Shown: positions 28,039 through 37,441 of the stretch, piece after piece
Position numbering within the stretch: the first letter of the stretch is position 1
Layout of the letters: each line of letters starts with the position of its first letter
Sequence record: PQ464590.1
Length of the DNA: 64,000 nt
Direction: 5' to 3' (one strand)
Position numbers and translations under genes: made by a program
Notes under the pieces: generated by a model
The model's database searches: none
The model's input: only the letters and a program-made list of their open reading frames with translations
What the model was told of the DNA's origin: nothing

Positions 28039-28420
28039 CTCTGTACTTTACATGCTGCACTAATGTAGCAAGCAATTGAAGTTCATGTTTACTGAATCCC
28101 ATCGCTATGAGTTTTTCATTGTTCAGTACTGAAGAGTTAGCAATTGTTTCAGTCATTGTGTATCCAGAGTTAAATGTATGATGTACTGACAGGGTATCAT
28201 AATCAATGCGAACCCATCTCTTCACATCAGTTTTTTTATGATCCTCACCGATAGTATAACCATAGGCAGTACTTCCATTCGGACCGATAGTACCGAACAC
28301 AACTCGGTCATAATGATAATCTGATTTGTCAGGCCATACGGAACATGCCCCACTCATGAATTCAGTCATCAAACAGTGATCTTTAAGCATTGCTGGAAGT
28401 ACGTCAGTACTGAAGAACAT
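28022..28420 (-). CDS. hypothetical protein
   Basis: Start moved to MFFSTD after GGAG. Confidence 0.75.
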   Translation of the reverse strand: MFFSTDVLPAMLKDHCLMTEFMSGACSVWPDKSDYHYDRVVFGTIGPNGSTAYGYTIGEDHKKTDVKRWVRIDYDTLSVHHTFNSGYTMTETIANSSVLNNEKLIAMGFSKHELQLLATLVQHVKYRGANVL

Positions 28421-28504
28421 ATAAACTCCAATTATAAAGCGTGGCACTTCTGTGCAGCGTGGTCTTTCGACGGATACCGCTTCCAACTTGGACACGCTGT
28501 TTTA

Positions 28505-28711
28505 TTATTCTAAATGAGTCCAGATATCCACATCTACTACATTGTAGTACACGTTGTATGGATCAGTTTTCTCGTTGAAGTACGCATATACTTTGTTTTC
28601 AGCTTCAGTTTCATTGTCCGCACTGATAGTGAAGTTCTGTTCACGTTCATCAACGTCATCATCCATATAATGTTCAATACGATACCGTACTGAAGCCATA
28701 TAAGTATTCAT
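28505..28711 (-). CDS. hypothetical protein
   Basis: 68 aa; paralog of 3728-3943. Confidence 0.75.
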   Translation of the reverse strand: MNTYMASVRYRIEHYMDDDVDEREQNFTISADNETEAENKVYAYFNEKTDPYNVYYNVVDVDIWTHLE

Positions 28712-28980
28712 AGTAGCTCCACGTTGCAGTTAGTTGGCATCTTCAAAGTAGTAGTAGTTACTTTGACTTCTTCAGGTTCTGACCCTGGTCTAGGACCGTC
28801 AACTTCCTGCTGTAAGAAAATTTCAGGAATGATACCACGTTTGATATCATCATGCATACTTACAACAGTTTCAATACATGAACATAGTTCACGTACTTTG
28901 TACTGATATCCTTGAGGTAAAGTACTGACAGCTTTCAGTACGTCTTCTAATTTATCCTGTACGTCTTGTAGTACTGACAT
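28708..28980 (-). CDS. hypothetical protein
   Basis: 90 aa; N-terminus resembles 29105-29347. Confidence 0.75.
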   Translation of the reverse strand: MSVLQDVQDKLEDVLKAVSTLPQGYQYKVRELCSCIETVVSMHDDIKRGIIPEIFLQQEVDGPRPGSEPEEVKVTTTTLKMPTNCNVELL

Positions 28981-28995
28981 AGTATCTCCATTATG

Positions 28996-29097
28996 GGGTG
29001 TGCACCTCTGGGTCTTTCGGGGTTACTCGTTTACGTTTCAGTACTGTTAACCCTTGTTCCTGAACAATGAAACGCCTAAGAGCTTGAACTGGTGCAC
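28996..29097 (-). ncRNA. candidate ~100 nt structured RNA with possible pseudoknot
   Basis: GTGCACC/GGTGCAC closing stem; CGTTTCA/TGAAACG stem; loop GGGTTA pairs with downstream TAACCC. Confidence 0.45.
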
Positions 29098-29104
29098 AAA
29101 GATT

Positions 29105-29347
29105 TTAGCCTAGTTTTACTGTACCATTATCTTTAATAATAGTAACACCGTTAACAACATGAGTACCGTCTGGTAGGTCAGAAACATCAATAGTCTTGAT
29201 ACCTGTACCTTCAGCCATTGCTACAACTTCAAGCATTGCTTTACCAAGTTCAGCCAGTTTTTCATGGTACTGTGTTGGTAGATGTTCAGTACTGATTAGT
29301 ATCGCATCTACTGCTTCTGCTACCGCGATGATAGTTTTATGACTCAT
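29105..29347 (-). CDS. hypothetical protein
   Basis: 80 aa; AAGGA RBS. Confidence 0.75.
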   Translation of the reverse strand: MSHKTIIAVAEAVDAILISTEHLPTQYHEKLAELGKAMLEVVAMAEGTGIKTIDVSDLPDGTHVVNGVTIIKDNGTVKLG

Positions 29348-29392
29348 ATTTTTATCCTTAATTAGAATGGGAACCCGTAGGTTCCCTTAGTA

Positions 29393-29905
29393 TTATTCCA
29401 GTTCTACTGGGTCTTTCGACACTTTTACTGGTTCTGGTTTCTTCACTGGTTCTGGCTTCACACGACCTGATACAGCGTCTTCGAATGCCAGTAACTTACG
29501 GAAGGTACGGTATGAACCACATTTGCCTTGCAAGTCATAGCGACTGCAAGAGTGATACTTAGTAATGTAACCGTACTGTGTGAATTTATTACCTACCCAA
29601 ATCTCTGCATCGTGGATATCACGGTCATCCCAACGACTTAGTGTACCTAACTTCTCGTAGTTCTCTTGGGTATAGAATTTGATAGTCTTATCATTGTATG
29701 TTGCAACGAGTAGACCTGCTTCGACTTTAGCGATTAGAGTAGTAATCCACTCATCAACTTGTTTGTCGAACTTCAGGGAATTGAACATGTGCTGCATACG
29801 AAGCAGTACACGACTTCCCATAATAACAGTACTGATAATCAGTGCAACAATAAAGATTGCAAGGATTGAAAGACATGCGATCAGAAAACCGATTTCGAAA
29901 CTCAT
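29393..29905 (-). CDS. membrane-anchored hypothetical protein
   Basis: N-terminal TM; start moved to MSFEIG. Confidence 0.75.
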   Translation of the reverse strand: MSFEIGFLIACLSILAIFIVALIISTVIMGSRVLLRMQHMFNSLKFDKQVDEWITTLIAKVEAGLLVATYNDKTIKFYTQENYEKLGTLSRWDDRDIHDAEIWVGNKFTQYGYITKYHSCSRYDLQGKCGSYRTFRKLLAFEDAVSGRVKPEPVKKPEPVKVSKDPVELE

Positions 29906-29909
29906 TTGT

Positions 29910-30179
29910 TTACTCCACGATGTATTTGATAAGAAGAGAACATTTATCTTTGTACTCACGTTGTGCACCCATAATACTATGGTTCAACGAAGAAATCAAG
30001 CCCGAAATTTTAGAAATTTCCTTACCGACTTCTTTAGTACTTTGAGAGGCTTCAATCAGTCTTTCTTCCTCTACTTTTAGCTCTTGCCAAGATTGCCATG
30101 CCGCAGAGCGTTGGCTCTTTTGTGACTCAATACGTTTGTGTAAAGCTTTTACTTCGATTTCCAGTGACTGGCGTCCCAT
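29910..30179 (-). CDS. hypothetical coiled-coil protein
   Basis: 89 aa; GGAG RBS. Confidence 0.75.
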   Translation of the reverse strand: MGRQSLEIEVKALHKRIESQKSQRSAAWQSWQELKVEEERLIEASQSTKEVGKEISKISGLISSLNHSIMGAQREYKDKCSLLIKYIVE

Positions 30180-30242
30180 TCTATTCTCCAGGGTGTAGTA
30201 CTGTTTTTAAAGCCACCCCGTTATGGAGTGGCACGAACTGGC

Positions 30243-30455
30243 TTACTTACGCTTATTCGCTTTACGTAGTTCGTGTAGTTCAGTCTGAAGAGACTGTTTC
30301 CACGCTACTAGGTGAGCGAAACAGATTTTTTGCTTCTCGGTTCCGTGGAACTTCGCAAGCATCGCGTCAGCTTGGGAAAGCTGGAACTGGATGTAGTTCA
30401 CAGTGCGATCAAAATCGGTGATGTCAGCGATACGGTTTTCTTCTTGATTAGCCAT
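30243..30455 (-). CDS. hypothetical protein
   Basis: 70 aa; downstream of a class-2 promoter. Confidence 0.7.
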   Translation of the reverse strand: MANQEENRIADITDFDRTVNYIQFQLSQADAMLAKFHGTEKQKICFAHLVAWKQSLQTELHELRKANKRK

Positions 30456-30544
30456 TTTATAAATTCCATTTTATTACAATCAAATACATTCAATCATTGA
30501 ATGCGGTGTTCACATTTTATCGACTGTCGTCGCTGTGATAACTA

Positions 30545-30576
30545 TATTATATCACATTTTTGGATTTTATCCCAAA
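30545..30576 (-). promoter_or_regulatory. class-2 phage promoter
   Basis: TTTGGGATAAAATCCAAAAATGTGATATAATA. Confidence 0.75.
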
Positions 30577-30591
30577 AATCTTTCATTTATT

Positions 30592-30718
30592 TGAGGTTAT
30601 TTCACGGAATCGAACCGTATCTACAGGCTGAATATTTCCTGCATCCCCTGCTTAGAGATGCCTACTCACAAGTACAAGCTACTATTCCTAGTACTAATCA
30701 AGTGCAAGGGCAATAACC
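30592..30718 (-). ncRNA. 127 nt tRNA-like RNA (acceptor stem and T-arm only)
   Basis: GGTTATT/AATAACC; TACGG-TTCGATT-CCGTG; no D or anticodon consensus. Confidence 0.55.
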
Positions 30719-30726
30719 ATTATTCG

Positions 30727-30996
30727 TTACGTTACCATAATGATAACTTCAGGTACTTCATATTCTTCGTACCCGTTATCTTTACAGAACTGCATTACTT
30801 CTTTGTACAGTGCATCAGCAGCATTAGAACCACGAGCATTCATACAAACATCAGTACTAAGAAATGGGATTGAATACTTCTCGCGGATCATTGCGAGCAT
30901 ATCACCCACCAGCGGAGCGGATTCATTACCGAAGAGGAAGTTCTCAGCGGTGTAGTCCAATCCGAACTCAGTCCAAACAAGATTCAGTACTTTCAT
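30727..30996 (-). CDS. hypothetical protein (family with 31000 and 31779)
   Basis: MKVLNL..FLFGNESAP..NGYEEYEVPEVII. Confidence 0.75.
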   Translation of the reverse strand: MKVLNLVWTEFGLDYTAENFLFGNESAPLVGDMLAMIREKYSIPFLSTDVCMNARGSNAADALYKEVMQFCKDNGYEEYEVPEVIIMVT

Positions 30997-30999
30997 TTC

Positions 31000-31269
31000 T
31001 TACCCCTGATAAGCTAAGACGATGTTCGTCGGTTCAAAAAGAGTATATCCAATTGTACCGAGGAAATCAACCATTTCTTCAAATAAATTATCATCCCACC
31101 AGGTTTCTACGTACAGTCCGTTTTCGTCCTTCAGACTAAATCGTGCCTGAAGTATATCACATACATCTTGAACATCGGGAGCGGTGGAATCCCCCAAGAA
31201 CAAATGCTTCACATCGAATACACATTCGTACGGTTCATTCTCAAACATATTCAGCGATAGTAGTTTCAT
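31000..31269 (-). CDS. hypothetical protein
   Basis: MKLLSL..LFLGDSTAP..IGYTLFEPTNIVL. Confidence 0.75.
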   Translation of the reverse strand: MKLLSLNMFENEPYECVFDVKHLFLGDSTAPDVQDVCDILQARFSLKDENGLYVETWWDDNLFEEMVDFLGTIGYTLFEPTNIVLAYQG

Positions 31270-31284
31270 AGTTATCTCCTAATT

Positions 31285-31307
31285 AAAAACCCCGCCGAAG
31301 CAGGGTT
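31285..31307 (-). terminator. intrinsic terminator with CUUCGG loop
   Basis: AACCCTGCTTCGGCGGGGTTTTT. Confidence 0.75.
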
Positions 31308-31314
31308 GTTGTTC

Positions 31315-31440
31315 TTACTTATAACGCTTCACGATGTGAAGTACTGCTGCAATCATACCAGCGAAGATTGCACCGCCGATTTCACCAGCCAGTACCAGAG
31401 CAACAGTTGCAGCTTCAAAACGCAGAATCCAGTTATTCAT
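31315..31440 (-). CDS. small membrane peptide (41 aa)
   Basis: GAGG RBS; MNNWILRFEAATVALVLAGEIGGAIFAGMIAAVLHIVKRYK; behind a sigma70 promoter. Confidence 0.6.
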   Translation of the reverse strand: MNNWILRFEAATVALVLAGEIGGAIFAGMIAAVLHIVKRYK

Positions 31441-31501
31441 AATCATTTCCTCAATTATCAAAGTTCAGGTATTATACACGACAGGTCAGTACTGTCAACT
31501 T

Positions 31502-31768
31502 TTATTCAGCGTGTAATCCGTAAATTGGATCGTAACGGTCGTATGTGGTCGGGTTGATGTTCTTCACTGAAGCAACACGGGCTTCTTCCAGTGTCATCTT
31601 TGGAGAACGGTCAATATCACAGCCAATCAGGAAGTCTTTGAAGTTCTGGATACTAAATGACTCTTCAACGAGCTTTGCAGCTTTTGCTTCAAGTGCATGG
31701 TTCTTAGCTTTAGCGAACTCTACACTTTTGTTTACGGCAGAGATAATAGCAGCTTTGTTCAGTTTCAT
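31502..31768 (-). CDS. hypothetical protein
   Basis: 88 aa. Confidence 0.75.
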   Translation of the reverse strand: MKLNKAAIISAVNKSVEFAKAKNHALEAKAAKLVEESFSIQNFKDFLIGCDIDRSPKMTLEEARVASVKNINPTTYDRYDPIYGLHAE

Positions 31769-31778
31769 GTTAAACCTC

Positions 31779-32051
31779 TTATTCGTTTAGGGAGCGACAG
31801 ATCAGTACTGAATTTGGTACGAACTCAGTATACCCGTTTTTGTTCAGAAGTCTACGAATATCTTCCTTTTCTTTGTAAAGATCGTTATTCGCTTGAACAG
31901 TGAGGCGTTTGCCGTTGGTTCTGTTCTCTGGGTACTGTGCCTGGATACGTTGTATCATATCCACTGGATCTGGTGAGTATTCGTTACCGACGAACAAAAC
32001 GCTGATAACGTTATCCCAATCACCCCATTGCTCTAAGTACAGAAGTTTCAT
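31779..32051 (-). CDS. hypothetical protein
   Basis: MKLLYL..LFVGNEYSP..NGYTEFVPNSVLI. Confidence 0.75.
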   Translation of the reverse strand: MKLLYLEQWGDWDNVISVLFVGNEYSPDPVDMIQRIQAQYPENRTNGKRLTVQANNDLYKEKEDIRRLLNKNGYTEFVPNSVLICRSLNE

Positions 32052-32060
32052 GTAGTCTCC

Positions 32061-32870
32061 TTATTGGAAGCCAATTATACCTGTTACGCCTGGGACAAAA
32101 AGAAACTCATCTGCGTTTCTCGTCGTGTCCATGAGGTTTACTATACTCCTTTCAAAAAGTTTGTCAACCCCTGATTCATTTTTTATGTGCTCTAAAGTAC
32201 TGAACCATTTTTCTTCATCGAATGCATAAACGTCACAATTGCATCCATCGTACCCTGTGTGCTTCAACGCCGCCACAAATTCGTCATGGAAATATACAAG
32301 CGTAGTTTTGCGTGTATCACTAAGTGTACCATCACGGAAGATGAGCTTCAGTTTTACTTTATCCTGGTTCTTCATGAAGTCAATAATGTACTCGTCAAAT
32401 TCGTACGGAGCAGAACCTTCACGCATGTAACACAACAGAGGATCGCAAATATCACCCAAATCAGGTTCACCGATGGATTCAGCTTGAAGTACTGTATCCC
32501 ATGAAATAGGAGAAATGTAAATTGGTTCAATCTCTGAAGTACTAATTATAACACGTTCTTCATTCAGCATGTATGCGAGTGCACAGTCAACGAAGATCAT
32601 ATCATCATCATTCCCCATGTTAGCATTATATGCATCCTGTCTACTCATTGGTCCAGTACTGTCACAGTCACTAAACCCAATCATTATTGAAGGTGTAGTG
32701 TACAGTACTTTGTCATCTTCGTCCTCGTCAAAGTACGGGTAGAATGACAGGTACTTGTACTTTTCAAGATTGGCATTAAAAATGCGGAAATCATCACGAT
32801 CTCCGCATTTAATATATAATGCCCTTGTTTTGTCAGCAAGGGTCTTTTTGATCATAGTAGAATTTTCCAC
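32061..32870 (-). CDS. hypothetical protein
   Basis: 269 aa. Confidence 0.8.
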   Translation of the reverse strand: MENSTMIKKTLADKTRALYIKCGDRDDFRIFNANLEKYKYLSFYPYFDEDEDDKVLYTTPSIMIGFSDCDSTGPMSRQDAYNANMGNDDDMIFVDCALAYMLNEERVIISTSEIEPIYISPISWDTVLQAESIGEPDLGDICDPLLCYMREGSAPYEFDEYIIDFMKNQDKVKLKLIFRDGTLSDTRKTTLVYFHDEFVAALKHTGYDGCNCDVYAFDEEKWFSTLEHIKNESGVDKLFERSIVNLMDTTRNADEFLFVPGVTGIIGFQ

Positions 32871-33041
32871 GTGACTACGAAAGCGAACGTTGCAACCAGT
32901 GCACCGATGATATTAGGCAGGGTCAGGGTTCGGATACTTTCTGGATGAACTGCCTTTTGTGTTTCTTCGTCAATCTTGATACTCATGTTGTTTCTCCGGT
33001 TATAATTTACTCAAATACAATTTTATTTATTGAACCAGCTT

Positions 33042-33242
33042 TTACTTCTTCCGGTGGCAGTACCAGTGGATTAGGAACACAACAATTATAAATCCTATCA
33101 TACGGGAAAGCAAGTCTAAATCTGGATTTTCAGCCCATCCCTGAAGCTGGAAAACTACATTAGGGAGCATACCGATTACCAGCAATACAATCCCAATTAT
33201 AACCGCCCAGGCTACACCAGCCATTGCTTTTATAAGATCCAT
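33042..33242 (-). CDS. small two-TM membrane protein
   Basis: Two hydrophobic segments, basic C-terminus. Confidence 0.7.
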   Translation of the reverse strand: MDLIKAMAGVAWAVIIGIVLLVIGMLPNVVFQLQGWAENPDLDLLSRMIGFIIVVFLIHWYCHRKK

Positions 33243-33766
33243 TATAGTTTCCTTATCAGGAGATTCTCTTTGAAATTCGTGTAAATGTCAATGTATCGTT
33301 GTGCTTCGTTTGGTCTATTACCTGAAAGCTGTTTTGTGTAGTACTCAATCTCTTCATTGATCAGTGCTAAAACAGCGTCTAAGCACTTCTGTGCCTCTTT
33401 CTCGGTCTTGAACGTGGAAGCACGAGTTAGTACGTCAAAACCATTTATACGGAACGTGGTGGGCTTTTTAGCACCAGTGTAGTACTCACCTCTGTACATC
33501 AAAGGGTCTACGATTACCCAACCCGTTTTTTCGTCAGGCATAGGAACTTCGTATAATCGAACCGGAACGTGAATGATTTCAACAACGTATAGTTGTTCTT
33601 TGCAGCCATTTCGATACATTGCTCGCAACGCCGCTTCAGCATTTTTCTTCTGAACAATCTTAGCAGCACGTTCAATGTCTTCACTGAATTGCCAAGTCAT
33701 ATTCGTATTAGTACTATACATCTTCTTGCGTGTAGTACTGTCAAAATACATTATACCATAACCCAT
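33242..33766 (-). CDS. hypothetical protein with internal two-fold repeat
   Basis: FSEDIERAAKIVQKKNAE vs FDVLTRASTFKTEKEAQ. Confidence 0.8.
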   Translation of the reverse strand: MGYGIMYFDSTTRKKMYSTNTNMTWQFSEDIERAAKIVQKKNAEAALRAMYRNGCKEQLYVVEIIHVPVRLYEVPMPDEKTGWVIVDPLMYRGEYYTGAKKPTTFRINGFDVLTRASTFKTEKEAQKCLDAVLALINEEIEYYTKQLSGNRPNEAQRYIDIYTNFKENLLIRKL

Positions 33767-34100
33767 ATATCACCTGTGTATTCTGTAAGAATCATCGATC
33801 CTTTCTTGTGTCACCATCAGGTAATACGCGTCAATGCAAGCATTAGCGAAGATACCACAAATGATGAGAAGCAACAAGGCTCCCACGATGAGGTATAATT
33901 TTTCTTTTAACCACTTCATGAGAGCCTCCAATTATTTTCTGTTTTCTTTCGGTTTGATCTTGAAATGAATCTCAACTGCACAGTGATGTACACTTGGCTT
34001 TTGCAGTTTGAATCCAGCATATTCTTCGTAGCTGGCTGGTGGATTATGTTTCAAGTACTCTTCAACCAATAGTTCTAATGGTACAGTTTGATAAGACATA

Positions 34101-34457
34101 CTATTCACCTATAGGTTTGTCAGTTTTTACAGTGTAGTACTGCTTCTTGAATTCATCATTCATATCAAGATAACAATTTACACCATTGTCGTCAAAGTAA
34201 TGATACATCTCGTAACGCTTCCACTTATGGTAGTACGCACAGCGATAAGCATGATACGTATTACCAGTTGTTACGTTCCCGAAGTCAAATTCTTCGTTGT
34301 TGAACGTAAGGAAGAAGTTGAAAGACCTGTACTCGAACGTACTAGTTCCATAATACGTACACAGTACTATCAGTACTAGAACAGGAATCATCACCAGTAG
34401 GATAGTACTAAACATTTTTACTATTCCGTTCCATTTCTTTCTTCTCCTGGCGAACAT
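34101..34457 (-). CDS. membrane-anchored hypothetical protein
   Basis: N-terminal TM. Confidence 0.7.
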   Translation of the reverse strand: MFARRRKKWNGIVKMFSTILLVMIPVLVLIVLCTYYGTSTFEYRSFNFFLTFNNEEFDFGNVTTGNTYHAYRCAYYHKWKRYEMYHYFDDNGVNCYLDMNDEFKKQYYTVKTDKPIGE

Positions 34458-34668
34458 TGTACCAGATGAATGAAATCACTGGAATCCAAACGATGTTCAC
34501 GAACGGTAAGAATGACAGTACGAAGAATAGCACGCTCCAGCGGAACATACCAGTACTTAGCATGTCACCATCAAAGAAACCAGAAGCAATCAAAATATCA
34601 TGTACCACTACGAATGCTGCCAGTGCAATAAAAATCACCATTGATAAAAATACGTACAGAGTTAGCAT
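34408..34668 (-). CDS. small membrane protein
   Basis: 2-3 TM segments. Confidence 0.7.
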   Translation of the reverse strand: MLTLYVFLSMVIFIALAAFVVVHDILIASGFFDGDMLSTGMFRWSVLFFVLSFLPFVNIVWIPVISFIWYNVRQEKKEMERNSKNV

Positions 34669-34680
34669 AAACCTTATCCT

Positions 34681-34929
34681 TTATAAAATTTCCAAGTACA
34701 TGGTATCGGTATAGAAACCGTCTTCTTCGAACTCTTCACCAGTAATAGAGAGTACTTCTACTCTGTACTCACCCAACTCGATCCAGTTTTTGATTTCTTC
34801 ACGATTACCGATATGGCGAGTATCGTAGTAATGGATAGCTTCCAGTACTGTACGGTAGTCATCAGTATCGATTTCAGTTTCTGCAATGATACTGTCTTCA
34901 GCATCATATTGTACAAGAATACGTTTCAT
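34681..34929 (-). CDS. hypothetical protein
   Basis: 82 aa; GAGG RBS. Confidence 0.75.
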   Translation of the reverse strand: MKRILVQYDAEDSIIAETEIDTDDYRTVLEAIHYYDTRHIGNREEIKNWIELGEYRVEVLSITGEEFEEDGFYTDTMYLEIL

Positions 34930-34946
34930 ACTACCTCTTCAAAATT

Positions 34947-35024
34947 TGGTGGCCCATCGGTGAGTCGAACACCGTACCAAACGATTATGAGTCGTCTGCT
35001 CTAACCAGCATGAGCTAATGGGCC
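34947..35024 (-). tRNA. tRNA-Ile2(CAT) (Met anticodon, lysidine type likely)
   Basis: GGCCCAT/ATGGGCC; GACGA-CTCATAA-TCGTT; resembles enterobacterial ileX-type tRNA; ACCA. Confidence 0.85.
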
Positions 35025-35078
35025 ATGTATCTATTTATTCTAACATATTATCACAAATCGGGGCGTTCGTCAAACATA

Positions 35079-35339
35079 TTATTCCTCTACGCTAAGAACC
35101 AGATACTGCACATAATCGCTATAATCATGCAGATCGTAATAGATGCTGTACTGGTGATGATTTACAGAATCCATAGTGATTTCACTGAAATCTTTTCCAG
35201 GCCATTTTTCTTTAGCCAGTTCAATGATTTCGGAGAGTGATTTATCACCGCTCAATGGAATCCACATGTCAGTTGCAGTATCCACTGGGAAGCAGTTTGT
35301 CATCTGTCCATCTTTTTCGTAACGAAATTCGTAACCCAT
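35079..35339 (-). CDS. hypothetical protein
   Basis: 86 aa; AAGGA RBS. Confidence 0.75.
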   Translation of the reverse strand: MGYEFRYEKDGQMTNCFPVDTATDMWIPLSGDKSLSEIIELAKEKWPGKDFSEITMDSVNHHQYSIYYDLHDYSDYVQYLVLSVEE

Positions 35340-35375
35340 TTTGTTTTCCTTTTAACTCGTTGTTGGTATAGGAGG

Positions 35376-35404
35376 ATTATAGGGGAATCCTCCTATGTTG
35401 TCAA
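35376..35404 (-). promoter_or_regulatory. consensus sigma70 promoter
   Basis: TTGACA-N17-TATAAT, with -10 inside inverted repeat ATAGGAGGATT/AATCCTCCTAT. Confidence 0.8.
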
Positions 35405-36004
35405 TTATAATTTTTGACCTTTTTCACGAAGAAGTTCGATGTTCACATGCGGACATTCATGGAACATATGGTTCCACGCGGAGTAGAACTTCACTCCCTT
35501 CTGATAATACTCGTACAGTTTTCCTTCGTACAGGAAGTACTGTCTATTCCAGTATTCATCCATATCGATTTTTATCTCTTGGTCTATACTCGTACAGAAG
35601 TCAATAATACCTCTGTACAACGCGTACGGGAAATCACGCACATCGTTCAGTATTGAGTACTGAAAGAATGCAGCCTCATCCATATCGGTCGGTAAGTCCA
35701 GTTCTGGTAGACCATCCGAAACCTCTTCTTCATTCCAATCGGTAGCAATCTCCAGATTCAAAATCTCTGGTTTATCAGTACGGAACAGTGTGATGTACAG
35801 TTTACCTTTGTACTGCATTTCTAAACTGTACGAACTTTCATTATCCACAAAACGTGCGTACATGGATACGTGCTTACCGAACTGAATATCCGTGAAATTG
35901 GGATATTCAGAAGCAATAAGCTTCTGTACTATCATGTCTCTGTTAGCCGTGAAGTACTTGTGAAACTGGGTAATCAACAGCATTACGCTCTCCAGTGAGG
36001 CCAT
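35405..36004 (-). CDS. EEExFQxST-module family protein
   Basis: MDEAAFFQYSILNDV, plus C-terminal extension. Confidence 0.8.
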   Translation of the reverse strand: MASLESVMLLITQFHKYFTANRDMIVQKLIASEYPNFTDIQFGKHVSMYARFVDNESSYSLEMQYKGKLYITLFRTDKPEILNLEIATDWNEEEVSDGLPELDLPTDMDEAAFFQYSILNDVRDFPYALYRGIIDFCTSIDQEIKIDMDEYWNRQYFLYEGKLYEYYQKGVKFYSAWNHMFHECPHVNIELLREKGQKL

Positions 36005-36432
36005 GAATCAGCCAGTGATTGGTTATAGCCAGGGATCTTCTCCTTCCAGCCACGACCGTAGTAGTTCTCCCAACCTTTCAGGAACGCCTCATCAGCTTCC
36101 ATCTTGTAAACCCAGCGGTTGATTACGATGTTGCTAACGAGGTACTCACGTTCAGTACTGTCACAGTTCGCAAAGTACTTCTGGTTGCGATCAATCTCTT
36201 CAGGTGTGAAGTGGTCCACCAGCAGCTTTTGCTTGTACGCCATACCAGTGAATTCATACAATTCAGGGGTACGAGAAAGAGTCTTTACCCACGTCTTCAG
36301 GACACGTTGTGGTAAGCAATTCCACGACTGTGAACACATCTGAAGCTGCTCTTTCAGAGATTCTTCATCGTGCGGCTTGAGCCAAATAGCCAAGGAGTGT
36401 TTAGCAACTTTCATCATTTTACGTGAGTTCAT
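35983..36432 (-). CDS. hypothetical protein
   Basis: 149 aa. Confidence 0.8.
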   Translation of the reverse strand: MNSRKMMKVAKHSLAIWLKPHDEESLKEQLQMCSQSWNCLPQRVLKTWVKTLSRTPELYEFTGMAYKQKLLVDHFTPEEIDRNQKYFANCDSTEREYLVSNIVINRWVYKMEADEAFLKGWENYYGRGWKEKIPGYNQSLADSWPHWRA

Positions 36433-36463
36433 TTTAAATCCCCTTATTGGTTAAGATGGGAGT

Positions 36464-36492
36464 ACTATACAGCACTCCCTATGGCATGTCAA
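36464..36492 (-). promoter_or_regulatory. sigma70-type promoter
   Basis: TTGACA-N17-TATAGT. Confidence 0.7.
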
Positions 36493-36864
36493 TCAATAAT
36501 CAGCTTCAGGCTCATCTTTCGGCTTTTTGTGCTGCTTACCGACAATGAACGTACCATCGTAGTACTTCAACGTTCCTTGAAGAACCATGTCTTTGTACTT
36601 TTTGTCTGCATCAGTGAATGAATTCACAACATTCAGTACTGACTCATTTCCGGTCACTGGACATACATTCACTGCGAGAATTTCACCTGTTGGTGGATGC
36701 ATAGTGAATGGTGTCCGCTCTTCGAACAGCGTAACATCAACTTCGAACACACCAAAGAAGTTCGTATCAGATAAGTACTCCATCCGATCCCATGCAGCTT
36801 CTTTAGTACAGTACCATCCAAGAATAGCTTTGTTCGGTTTGTACATCAGAACAAATTGTTTCAT
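36493..36864 (-). CDS. hypothetical protein
   Basis: 123 aa. Confidence 0.75.
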   Translation of the reverse strand: MKQFVLMYKPNKAILGWYCTKEAAWDRMEYLSDTNFFGVFEVDVTLFEERTPFTMHPPTGEILAVNVCPVTGNESVLNVVNSFTDADKKYKDMVLQGTLKYYDGTFIVGKQHKKPKDEPEADY

Positions 36865-37202
36865 TGATGCCCCTTGAATTTCTTACCACGATAAATTCCA
36901 TTAGTTTCTAAATGGAATTGCTCTGGTATTTTGGTCATATGGTTCAGTACTACATGTTTGTATGAACGTTTCTTCAAAATGTAGTTCACTGCTGTCGGTG
37001 AAACGCCGAAACGTTGAGATAACTCAGTCTGCTGTAGACCTACCCAATGATGGTACAGTTTGAGCATGATTACTTCATCGTACGTCAACTTAGCATTTCC
37101 ATTTACTACTTTCAGTGGGTTAGCCGATGGAGTACTGGCTACGTTCACTGCTGTACCTAGTGATGCACTGAAGCTTGATGCTGGATTACCAATTGTATTC
37201 AT
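36861..37202 (-). CDS. HTH DNA-binding protein
   Basis: AKLTYDEV...LQQTELSQRFGVSPTAVNYILKKRSYKHV. Confidence 0.7.
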   Translation of the reverse strand: MNTIGNPASSFSASLGTAVNVASTPSANPLKVVNGNAKLTYDEVIMLKLYHHWVGLQQTELSQRFGVSPTAVNYILKKRSYKHVVLNHMTKIPEQFHLETNGIYRGKKFKGHQ

Positions 37203-37441
37203 TCGTGTACCTCCAGTGCGTCCCACGGGCGGTCATCGCCAAAAGAAAATTCAATCCAACCTAAACGTACTGGCTGACATGCATCACAACGCCAATAACC
37301 ATCGTACAAATAAGGTTTCTCAGTCCAACCCTGAACGACATCGTTCATGTTAACTGTTACGTAGTTTATCCCACGTGGCACTGGAATGTCAACATCATTC
37401 AGTACTACTTTCTTTGAACCAGATTCTGCGTGATATTTCAT
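37199..37441 (-). CDS. hypothetical protein
   Basis: 80 aa. Confidence 0.75.
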   Translation of the reverse strand: MKYHAESGSKKVVLNDVDIPVPRGINYVTVNMNDVVQGWTEKPYLYDGYWRCDACQPVRLGWIEFSFGDDRPWDALEVHE

